Source: an uncultured bacterium
Lineage (GTDB): Bacteria > Patescibacteriota > Minisyncoccia > Phycocordibacterales > Phycocordibacteraceae
Assembly: GCA_937879955.1 (NCBI GenBank)
Contig: CALFMK010000001.1
Coordinates: 506,356-570,355, forward strand
Direction: 5' to 3'
Length of the DNA stretch: 64,000 nucleotides
A program made the translations under genes and the position numbers. Positions 27,243 through 35,633 of this stretch are shown here, one piece after another; positions within the stretch are counted from its first letter, which is position 1, and each line of letters opens with the position of its first letter. Under the pieces are notes generated by a model that did no database searches, was not told the origin of the DNA, and saw nothing but the letters and a program-made list of their open reading frames with translations.

Positions 27243-27935
27243 ATGAAGAAAGGCCTGTTCATAGTCCTCGACGGGAACGACGGCTCGGGGAAGGCCACCC
27301 AGGCGGCCCTGCTCATCCAGTACCTGGCGGATAACGGCATCGTGGGGCTGAAAGTGGATTTCCCGGCATATGAGCGGAACCTCTTCGGCGCGCTCATCGG
27401 CGAATGCCTCGCCGGCAAGCACGGGGACTTCGTGAACCTCGATCCAAAGATAGCCTCCACCCTGTATGCGGCCGATAGGTATGAGGCGACGCGCCCGATA
27501 CGCGAAGCGCTCAACAACGGGATGATCGTGGTCGCCGACCGCTTCGCGAGCTCGAACCAGATTCATCAGGGAGGGAAGATTGCGGACCCTGCGAAGCGCG
27601 AAGCGTTCCTCGTCTGGCTCGACCGCATGGAGCACGAGGTCTTCGGCATCCCGCGCCCGGACGCCATCGTCTATCTCAAGGTCCCGGTCGAGACGAGCCT
27701 CGCGCTGTTGCAGGAGAAGCGGGCCGTGAAGAACGGGCAGCTCGAGGAAGGAGAGAAGGACGCGGTCGAGGAGGACCGGAATTATCTCGAGCGCAGCAGC
27801 GAGACGGCGCAGTGGCTGCTCGAGACCCAGCCGAACTGGCATCTCGTCGACTGCATGGAAGATGGCCGGCTCCGCTCGCGTGAGGATGTCCATGAGGACG
27901 TGGTGCGCATAGTCGAGGACCTGCTCATTGCGTAG
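27243..27935 (+). CDS. tmk: thymidylate kinase
   Basis: P-loop FIVLDGNDGSGKATQ, DRF motif region, LID region. Confidence 0.85.
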   Translation: MKKGLFIVLDGNDGSGKATQAALLIQYLADNGIVGLKVDFPAYERNLFGALIGECLAGKHGDFVNLDPKIASTLYAADRYEATRPIREALNNGMIVVADRFASSNQIHQGGKIADPAKREAFLVWLDRMEHEVFGIPRPDAIVYLKVPVETSLALLQEKRAVKNGQLEEGEKDAVEEDRNYLERSSETAQWLLETQPNWHLVDCMEDGRLRSREDVHEDVVRIVEDLLIA

Positions 27936-28026
27936 TGCTTTTGCCGTTTCTGCATAAGGCGGTACGATTCAATCATCATGAGATAGGGTCACTGGCGAGC
28001 ACGCATTTACTACTAGGAACCGACCT

Positions 28027-29328
28027 ATGCATCCCTACGACCACATCAAGAACGAGGACCAGGACGTCTTCGCTGCCATAACGGGAGAAGAGACGCGCGA
28101 GGCAGAAGGCCTCGAGCTCATCCCGTCCGAGAACTACGTGTCCGCTGCCGTCCGCGAGGCGATGGGCAGCGTCCTCACGAACAAGTACGCGGAGGGCTAT
28201 CCGGGCAAGCGCTACTACGGCGGCCAGGAGTTCACTGACCAGGTGGAGACGCTCGCCATCGAGCGCGCGAAGGCGCTCTTTCGTGCGGATCACGCGAACG
28301 TACAGCCGCTCGGCGGCGCGGCCGCGAACATCGCTGCCTACTTCGCCTGGCTCGAGCCCGGCGACACGGTCCTCGGCATGGACCTCGCGCACGGGGGACA
28401 CCTCACGCACGGCTCGCCCGTGACCTACATGACGAAGCTCTACAACTTCGAGCGCTACGGCATGAAGGACGCGGACACCGGAGAGATCGACTACGACGAG
28501 ATGCTCCGCGTCGCGAAGGAGACGCGTCCGAAGATCGTGCTCGCGGGATTCTCCGGCTACCCGCGCTCCTTGGACTGGAAGCGCATCGCGGATATCGCGA
28601 GGGAGGTGGATGCGGTAGCAATGGCGGACGTGGCGCATATCGCGGGACTCATCGCTGGCGGCGCGCTCGAGAACCCGCTCGACTACGGGTTCCACGTCAT
28701 GACCACGACGACGCATAAGACGCTGCGCGGTCCGCGCGGCGCCATGATCCTCTCGAAGGGGACCGTGTCCTCGCCGCTCAAGGCGCCCGAGAAGACCATA
28801 GAGAACCTGCCGACCCTCATCGATCGCAGCGTGTTCCCGGGGTTCCAGGGCGGCCCGCATATGCACCAGATAGCAGCGAAAGCCATCGCGCTCAAGGAGG
28901 CGGGAACGCCCGCGTTCGCGGCCTACGCGCATCAGGTGGTGAAGAACGCGCAGGCGATGGCAGAGGTGTTCCTCGATGGCGGCGTACGCCTCATCACGGG
29001 CGGTACCGACAACCACCTCATCCTCGCGGATGTGTTCTCGTCGCTCGGGATCTCAGGCGGAGAAGCGGAGACGCTGCTGGACCGCGCTGGCATGACGCTC
29101 AATAAGAACTCAATCGCGGGCGATACCCGGAAGCCGTTCGACCCGTCCGGCATCCGCTTCGGCACGCCGGCGATGACCACGCGCGGCCTCGCCGAGGAGG
29201 ACGCGAAGGCCGTGGCGCACCTCATGCTCGAGGTCCTCACGAAGCGAGACGACGAGACCGTGGCACGCGCGAAGGAGACGGTGCGGCAGCTCGCGCTCGC
29301 GCACCCTGTACCGGACTCGTTCGTATAG
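28027..29328 (+). CDS. glyA: serine hydroxymethyltransferase
   Basis: 433 aa; NKYAEGYPGKRYYGG, TTTTHKTLRGPRGAMI PLP-Lys motif. Confidence 0.9.
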   Translation: MHPYDHIKNEDQDVFAAITGEETREAEGLELIPSENYVSAAVREAMGSVLTNKYAEGYPGKRYYGGQEFTDQVETLAIERAKALFRADHANVQPLGGAAANIAAYFAWLEPGDTVLGMDLAHGGHLTHGSPVTYMTKLYNFERYGMKDADTGEIDYDEMLRVAKETRPKIVLAGFSGYPRSLDWKRIADIAREVDAVAMADVAHIAGLIAGGALENPLDYGFHVMTTTTHKTLRGPRGAMILSKGTVSSPLKAPEKTIENLPTLIDRSVFPGFQGGPHMHQIAAKAIALKEAGTPAFAAYAHQVVKNAQAMAEVFLDGGVRLITGGTDNHLILADVFSSLGISGGEAETLLDRAGMTLNKNSIAGDTRKPFDPSGIRFGTPAMTTRGLAEEDAKAVAHLMLEVLTKRDDETVARAKETVRQLALAHPVPDSFV

Positions 29329-29404
29329 CATCACGCGCGCTTCACGCGGCTTCTGGTTAGATACGTGCATTAGCAGACGCACGACACTAACCAACCCATG
29401 CCCT

Positions 29405-29521
29405 ATGAATGCTCTCGGAAAGACGCTCTTGGAATCAGGCGCTGTGCTCGCGGTCGGTCTCGCCATCGTCGGCTCGATGATGTTCGCGTTCGGCCAGAAT
29501 GCCGCGGCGTTCGGCGCATAG
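29405..29521 (+). CDS. small hydrophobic peptide (38 aa)
   Basis: ATG..TAG ORF MNALGKTLLESGAVLAVGLAIVGSMMFAFGQNAAAFGA followed by hairpin terminator 29528..29570; below ORF-track size cutoff. Confidence 0.25.
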   Translation: MNALGKTLLESGAVLAVGLAIVGSMMFAFGQNAAAFGA

Positions 29522-29584
29522 GCTGATCCCTCGGAAATGCCAGGCCTCCTCACGGAGCCTGGCATTTTCTGCTAGTATCGCCCT

Positions 29585-31267
29585 ATGGAAGAGACCCTGT
29601 CGCTCGCGATCCGGAACGCCCTCGACGAGATGGGCGCGGCTGACGTCGCGTTCGCGCTCGAGTGGCCGGCAGACCTCGCGCACGGCGACTTCGCGACCAA
29701 TGCGGCCATGGCGGCAAGCAAGGCGCTCGGGAGGAATCCGCGCGAGATCGCCGAGGAGCTCGTGGGGAAGCTCAAGGAGTCGCTCGACGACTCGGTAGAG
29801 ACGGTCACGGCTGCAGGACCCGGCTTCGTGAACATCACGCTCGCGCGCGCCGCTATCGCCGCCGAACTCGCGCGTGCCACGTCGCTCAAGGGCGACTGGG
29901 GGAGGGGTGTCGCCCGCGACGGCGAGCGCGTCGCGTTCGAGTACTCCTGCCCGAACCCGTTCAAGGAGATGCACGTCGGCCACCTCATGAGCACCGTCAT
30001 CGGGGAGGCGGGAGCCCGCATCCTCGAGAACCAAGGCGCGCGCGTGCTGCGCGATACCTACGGCGGCGACGTCGGCCCGCACGTGGCGAAGGCGCTCTGG
30101 GCGCTCAAGCGCAGCGGCATCGACACCCCGACGACCGCCGAAGAGGTGGGGAACGCGTACGCGGAAGGCTCGAGGGCGTACGAGGAGAGCGAGAACGCCA
30201 AGGCCGAGATCGACGCGATAAATACGCAGCTGTACCGCGCGCTCGCGAAGGAGGATGCCGAGCGCGACGAGTCCGATCGTGCCTTGCTCGAGACCTGGCG
30301 CCACGGGCGCGAAGTGTCCTTCGAGGCGAACCGCGCGATCTGGAGCGCGCTCGGCACGAATTTCGATTACGTGATCCATGAGAGCGAGACCACGCCGCTC
30401 GGCATGCAGGTGGTGAAGGACGCGCTTTCTCGCGGCATCTTCGCCGAGAGCGAAGGCGCCGTCATCTACGAGGGCGAGAAGAAGGGGCTCCATACGCTCG
30501 TCTTCCTCACGTCCCGCGGCAACCCGACGTACGAGGCCAAGGAGGTCGGCCTCGCGTTCCTCAAAGAAGAGCGCATGGGTCCGCTCGACCGGGTCTACAT
30601 AACCACCGCCGCGGAGCAGAAGGGGCACTTCCAGGTGTTCCTCGCGGCGCTCGAGGATATCGCGCCGGCGCTCGCCGCAAAGACTGCGCATGTCCCGCAC
30701 GGGTTCCTCCGCCTCACCACCGGCAAGATGTCGTCTCGCGAGGGCAATATCGTCACGGCCGCCGGCCTCATCGAGGAGATCGTGGCGAAGGCGTCCGAGC
30801 GCAACGAGGATCCGCTCGTGGCGCAGGCGGTAGCGATCGGCGCCATAAAGTACATGATCCTGCGCCAGGCCGCGGGAGGGGATATCGTCTTCGATCCGGA
30901 GAAGTCCCTTTCGCTCGACGGCGATTCGGGCCCGTATCTCCAGTACGCGTTAGTTCGCGCGAAGTCCGTCATCGCGCAGTCCGAGAAGAAGGCGGATAGC
31001 GCAGACGCTCCTCCCGAAGCGTACGATCTCGAACGGCTTCTCATCCGCTTCCCGGAGGTAGCGCGGAAGGCGGAGAGCCTGCGCGCATCGCATCAGGTGA
31101 CGCAGTACCTCACGCAACTGGCAAGCGAGTGGAACTCGTTCTATGCGAACGAGCGCATCCGTGATGGCGCGCATGAGGCGTACAAGCTCCTTATCGCGAG
31201 CGCGTTCGTTACGACCATGGAGAATGGGCTCGCGCTCCTCGGCATCCCGGTCCCGGAACGTATGTAG
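29585..31267 (+). CDS. argS: arginine--tRNA ligase
   Basis: 560 aa; class I HIGH-type motif NPFKEMHVGHLMSTVIGEA, KMSSR-like GKMSSREGN, DALR anticodon-binding C-terminus. Confidence 0.9.
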   Translation: MEETLSLAIRNALDEMGAADVAFALEWPADLAHGDFATNAAMAASKALGRNPREIAEELVGKLKESLDDSVETVTAAGPGFVNITLARAAIAAELARATSLKGDWGRGVARDGERVAFEYSCPNPFKEMHVGHLMSTVIGEAGARILENQGARVLRDTYGGDVGPHVAKALWALKRSGIDTPTTAEEVGNAYAEGSRAYEESENAKAEIDAINTQLYRALAKEDAERDESDRALLETWRHGREVSFEANRAIWSALGTNFDYVIHESETTPLGMQVVKDALSRGIFAESEGAVIYEGEKKGLHTLVFLTSRGNPTYEAKEVGLAFLKEERMGPLDRVYITTAAEQKGHFQVFLAALEDIAPALAAKTAHVPHGFLRLTTGKMSSREGNIVTAAGLIEEIVAKASERNEDPLVAQAVAIGAIKYMILRQAAGGDIVFDPEKSLSLDGDSGPYLQYALVRAKSVIAQSEKKADSADAPPEAYDLERLLIRFPEVARKAESLRASHQVTQYLTQLASEWNSFYANERIRDGAHEAYKLLIASAFVTTMENGLALLGIPVPERM

Positions 31268-31304
31268 ATAAGCGCTATTGCGCATTTGACGGGCGAGCGG
31301 TAGT

Positions 31305-31592
31305 GTGGCATCTGACTCCATTCGGGGGTCATTGATATTTAGGGAGCTACCGTTGAGCAAGAAGAGCGATCGTAAGACGGACCGTGTCCGCAAGGCCTGC
31401 AAGAGCTTCGGCATGTCGGCCATCGCCCTCTTCCAGAGGGCGTACCAGTGGTACCACGGCACGCTTGTCCCGAAAGCGGCCCGTCTGGCCCATACGGCCT
31501 ATGTGCGGACGAAGAAGGCCCCGAGCTGGGTCCTCAACTACATCAGTCGCGGGCATAAGGAATGGCTCGACAGGGCCGCCGTTGCCGCCTGA
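31305..31592 (+). CDS. hypothetical basic protein
   Basis: 95 aa ORF ending before hairpin terminator 31607..31640; possible alternative TTG start with AGGGAG SD. Confidence 0.4.
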   Translation: MASDSIRGSLIFRELPLSKKSDRKTDRVRKACKSFGMSAIALFQRAYQWYHGTLVPKAARLAHTAYVRTKKAPSWVLNYISRGHKEWLDRAAVAA

Positions 31593-31681
31593 CACTGCTT
31601 CATCGGTTTTGTATCAACGGCCGTCGCACTACGCGACGGCCGTTTTCCTTTTGGTACGCAAAACGCTAGGATGAAGAGACT

Positions 31682-34600
31682 ATGGCAGATACCGAGAAGA
31701 CAGAGGTCGCTAAGCGCGAAGAGGCCATACAGGCTTTCTGGAAGGACCGGAATATCTTCAAGAAGACGCTCGAGAAGGACGCGCCGAAGGGTGAGTTCGT
31801 CTTCTACGACGGTCCGCCGTTCGCGACCGGCCTTCCGCACTCAGGCTCGCTTCTGTCCTCGGTCTCGAAGGACCTCATGCCGCGCTATAAGACGATGCGC
31901 GGGTACCGCGTCCGCAGGCGCTGGGGCTGGGATACGCATGGGCTTCCGATCGAGTCGCTCGTGGAAAAGAAACTCGGTCTCAAGAACAAGAAAGAGATCC
32001 TCCAGGTTGGGGTAGAGACCTTCAACGAGACGGCGCGCTCGATGGTGCTCGAGTACGTGCATGAATGGAAGCGCTACGTGGAGCGCGTCGGCCGGTTCGT
32101 GGATTTCGACAACTCGTACAAGACCATGGACAACACGTTCATCGAGTCGGTGTGGTGGGGACTGAAGCAGATCCACGGAAAGGGCCGCCTCTACGAGGGG
32201 CGGAAGGTGCTCATGTATTGCCCGCACTGCGAGACGCCGCTGGCGAAGGCGGAGATCGCGATGGACAACACCTACAAGGACATCACGGAAGAGACCGCTA
32301 CCGTGAAGTTCAGGCTCACGGAGCCATCGAAGAACGGTCTGCCGGAGAATACCTATCTTCTTGCCTGGACGACCACCCCGTGGACGCTTCCGGGCAATGT
32401 CGCGCTCGCCGTGGGGCCGGACATCATGTACGGCATCTACGAGCACGAGGGGAAGAACCTCGTCGCGGCAAAGGATCTCGCCGAGAAGCTCGGTCTCGGA
32501 CCGATCAAGCACGAGCTCTCCGGGACGGTGCTCCTCGGAGCCGAGTACGAGCCGCTCTACGAGATTTCGAAGGTGCGCGCCCATGAAGGGAAGAAGTGGC
32601 TCGTCCTTCCGGCAGATTTCGTGACGACTACCGACGGTACGGGCATCGTGCACACGGCCGTCATCTACGGCGAGGACGACTACCAGCTCGGGGTCAAGGA
32701 AGGGCTCCCGATGATACCGATCCTGAATCCGAACGCGACCTACAACGATGACGCGCCGGAGTTCCTCCGCGGAAAGTACATCAAGAAGGCTGAGGCCGAG
32801 ATAAAAGAGGACCTCGCATCGCGCGGGCTATTGTTCGCGCGCGATATGCATACGCACTCGTACCCGCACTGCTACCGGTGCGGCACCGCGCTCATCTATA
32901 ACGCCGTCTCGTCCTGGTTCATCGACATCCAGGCGGTGAAGGACCGCATGCTCGCCGAGAACGAGAAGATCACGTGGGTGCCCGGGCACCTCAAGCACGG
33001 CCGCTTCCAGAAGAACCTCGAGACCGCGCCGGACTGGACGATATCGCGCAATCGCTTCTGGGCGAGTCCGCTCCCGATATGGAAGGGGCAGGACGGGAGC
33101 GTTCTCGTTGTCGGGTCGCTCGACGAGCTCAAGGAGCGGACGAAGAAGAGCGGGAACCGGTACCTCGCGATGCGTCACGGCGAGACTGAGAACACGCTCG
33201 CCTCGATACTCAGCAGCGACCCCCTGAAGAACCCTCTCACGGAGAGTGGGCGCGAGGACGTGCTCGCACGGGCACGGGAACTGAAGGCGAATCCTCCGAC
33301 GCGCATATACGCATCGCCGGTGCTGCGTGCGCGCGAGACTGCCGAGATCCTGCGGAAGGAGCTCGGCCTCGAGGAGGACCTGCTCGTGTTCGATGATCGG
33401 CTCCGCGAGCTCTCGCTCGGCGAGTTCGAGAATAAGAATCTTGAAGACCTCCTCAGCTGGCGCGCGACGCACGCGTACGATGAGGCGTCGGAAGGAGGCG
33501 AGAGCTATCTCGAGGCGAAGCGCCGTTTCGGCGATTTCCTGTACGAGATAGAAGGACGGCACGAAGACGAGACCATACTCATCGTGACGCACGGCGTCGG
33601 TCTCGAGTCGCTGTCTATGCTCGCGCAGGGCCTCGATACGGACGCCTCGAAGCAGGCGATAGAGACCATGTCGTTCAAGCCTGCGGAACTGATCGAGATT
33701 CCGTTCGTGCCGTTGCCGCATAACCGCGACTACGCGCTCGATTTCCATCTTCCCTATATCGACCGCATCCAGCTCGTGGACGAGCAGGGAGGGGCGCTTA
33801 CGCGCATACCTGAGGTGGTCGACTGCTGGGTAGAGTCCGGATCGATGCCGTTTGCGGAGTACCACTATCCGTTCGAGAACAAGGCTGAGTTCGAGCGCCG
33901 GACGCCGGGAGATTTCATATCGGAGTACATCGGGCAGACACGCGCCTGGTTCTACTACATGCATGCGATAAGCCTCGAGCTGTTCGACCATCTCGCGTTC
34001 AAGAACGTGATAACGACCGGGAACGTGCTTGCCGCGGATGGCGCGAAGCTCTCAAAGAGCAAGAACAACTACACCGATCCATATATCCTCTTCGACAAGT
34101 ACGGAGCGGATGCGTACCGCTACGCGCTCATGTCGAGCGTCGTGATGCAGGCAGAGGACCTCACGTTCAGGGATGACGACGTGAAGGATGCGCATGCCCG
34201 TATCGTGAACATGCTCCGGAACATATACGGCTTCTACGAGCTCTACAAGGATGATCTTATCGAGGGAACGAAGCTCTCTAACGAGCATCCGCTCGACCGC
34301 TGGATACAGGCGCGCCTCCAGGCACTCGTATCCGATGTCACGGATTCGTTCGACCGCTATGACGTGCCGCGCGGCGTCCGCGCATATCGTGATTTCATCG
34401 ACGATCTCTCCAACTGGTACGTGCGACGTTCCCGCGATCGCGCCAAGGGAGATAATGAGGCTGACAAGCAGCACGTCCTCGTCATGCTGCGCGAGGTGCT
34501 CATGACCTTCTCGAAGGTCATAGCTCCGGTGATGCCGTTCATCGCTGAGGAGGTGTACCAGGGCGTCCGGACCGATACGGACCCTGAAAGCGTGCACCTC

Positions 34601-35059
34601 GCTTCGTGGCCCGAGCATCATGTGGGCGTTCTCGATACGCTCCTCGGAAAGCAGAAGAAGGATGCGCAGCTCGTCGAGGATATGAAGCGTGTCCGCTCCC
34701 TCGCGTCCGATGCGCTCCGTCTTCGCCAGAAGGCCGACATAAAGGTGCGCCAGCCGCTCGCATCGCTTTCCATTCCGGGAACGCTTTTGCCTGAGCTCGC
34801 CGCGATCCTCGCGGACGAGGTGAACGTGAAGGAGGTGGTCATGAACGCGGAGGAGATGGTACTCGATACCGAGCTCACGCCAGAGCTCGTCGCCGAGGGA
34901 GACGAGCGTGCGTTCGCGCGCGCGGTCGCCGAGGCTCGTAAGAATGAGGACCTGTCGCCGAAGGATATCGTCAGGGTAGAGAAGCGCGAGGACGGGACGC
35001 ATGTCGCGGAGCTCTCGACCGGTCCGGTCCGGTTCTCGCTCGTACGGGATGCGGCATAA
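31682..35059 (+). CDS. ileS: isoleucine--tRNA ligase with inserted histidine-phosphatase-like domain
   Basis: 1125 aa; HIGH region PFATGLPHSGSLL, CP1 editing region, DWTISRNRFWASPLPIW, KMSKS-like KLSKSKNN; about 180 aa RHG...H domain inserted between the SRNRFW motif and HLPYIDRI. Confidence 0.9.
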   Translation: MADTEKTEVAKREEAIQAFWKDRNIFKKTLEKDAPKGEFVFYDGPPFATGLPHSGSLLSSVSKDLMPRYKTMRGYRVRRRWGWDTHGLPIESLVEKKLGLKNKKEILQVGVETFNETARSMVLEYVHEWKRYVERVGRFVDFDNSYKTMDNTFIESVWWGLKQIHGKGRLYEGRKVLMYCPHCETPLAKAEIAMDNTYKDITEETATVKFRLTEPSKNGLPENTYLLAWTTTPWTLPGNVALAVGPDIMYGIYEHEGKNLVAAKDLAEKLGLGPIKHELSGTVLLGAEYEPLYEISKVRAHEGKKWLVLPADFVTTTDGTGIVHTAVIYGEDDYQLGVKEGLPMIPILNPNATYNDDAPEFLRGKYIKKAEAEIKEDLASRGLLFARDMHTHSYPHCYRCGTALIYNAVSSWFIDIQAVKDRMLAENEKITWVPGHLKHGRFQKNLETAPDWTISRNRFWASPLPIWKGQDGSVLVVGSLDELKERTKKSGNRYLAMRHGETENTLASILSSDPLKNPLTESGREDVLARARELKANPPTRIYASPVLRARETAEILRKELGLEEDLLVFDDRLRELSLGEFENKNLEDLLSWRATHAYDEASEGGESYLEAKRRFGDFLYEIEGRHEDETILIVTHGVGLESLSMLAQGLDTDASKQAIETMSFKPAELIEIPFVPLPHNRDYALDFHLPYIDRIQLVDEQGGALTRIPEVVDCWVESGSMPFAEYHYPFENKAEFERRTPGDFISEYIGQTRAWFYYMHAISLELFDHLAFKNVITTGNVLAADGAKLSKSKNNYTDPYILFDKYGADAYRYALMSSVVMQAEDLTFRDDDVKDAHARIVNMLRNIYGFYELYKDDLIEGTKLSNEHPLDRWIQARLQALVSDVTDSFDRYDVPRGVRAYRDFIDDLSNWYVRRSRDRAKGDNEADKQHVLVMLREVLMTFSKVIAPVMPFIAEEVYQGVRTDTDPESVHLASWPEHHVGVLDTLLGKQKKDAQLVEDMKRVRSLASDALRLRQKADIKVRQPLASLSIPGTLLPELAAILADEVNVKEVVMNAEEMVLDTELTPELVAEGDERAFARAVAEARKNEDLSPKDIVRVEKREDGTHVAELSTGPVRFSLVRDAA
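33143..33676 (+). other. histidine phosphatase (phosphoglycerate mutase-like) domain embedded in ileS
   Basis: RYLAMRHGETENT (RHG catalytic motif) and LIVTHGVGL (second catalytic His) with intervening helical region; in frame within IleRS. Confidence 0.6.
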
Positions 35060-35600
35060 GTACGTCACGAGCTCCTTCGTTCTCGCCCGGACACCGCTCG
35101 CGGAATCCGCGACGCTCGTCACGCTCCTCACCGACGAGTTCGGCCTCATACGGGCGCGCGCGGAAGGACTCAGGAAGCCCGGCGCGAAGCTCGCGCATGC
35201 GCTGCAGACCCTCGACCGTTCCGAGGTGACGCTCGTGCGCGGGAAGGAAGGATGGCGCCTGTCGGGCGCGATCCTCGACGCGCACTGGTTCGAGAAGCTC
35301 GACCGGGCTTCACGGCTGCGTGCCGGACGCATCGCCGGCCTTTTGCTGCGCCTTGTGCACGGAGAAGCGAACGAACCCGCGCTCTTCGACCTCTTCGCGG
35401 ATTTCATGCGTGCGCTATCCAGCCTTCCCGAGGCGTCGCAGGACACGCTCGAGTGCGTGACCGCGCTCCGCATGCTCGCCCTGCTCGGTCTCGATGCCGG
35501 ACCTCTGCCGGCGACGGATGCGTACGAGCCGCTCTCGGCAGAGGAGCGCCGCGCGATGGTGACGCGCATCAATCACGGCATACTCGCGTCGGGACTCTGA
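35049..35600 (+). CDS. recO: DNA repair protein RecO-like (short)
   Basis: 184 aa; N-terminal OB-fold pattern VLARTPLAESATLVTLLTDEFGLIRARAEGLRKPGAKLAHALQ like RecO; start overlaps ileS 3' end by 11 nt. Confidence 0.55.
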   Translation: MRHKYVTSSFVLARTPLAESATLVTLLTDEFGLIRARAEGLRKPGAKLAHALQTLDRSEVTLVRGKEGWRLSGAILDAHWFEKLDRASRLRAGRIAGLLLRLVHGEANEPALFDLFADFMRALSSLPEASQDTLECVTALRMLALLGLDAGPLPATDAYEPLSAEERRAMVTRINHGILASGL

Positions 35601-35633
35601 TTCGCGCACGCGCGTTGCTATACTAGGGGGACG

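Noticed and set aside
29435-30700. 421-aa minus-strand ORF inside argS
   Set aside because: Antisense to argS, which has unambiguous class I synthetase motifs.
32828-35572. Two long minus-strand ORFs (387 aa and 506 aa) inside ileS/recO
   Set aside because: Antisense to ileS; compositions dominated by Arg/Leu/Glu from GC-rich third positions of the real frame.
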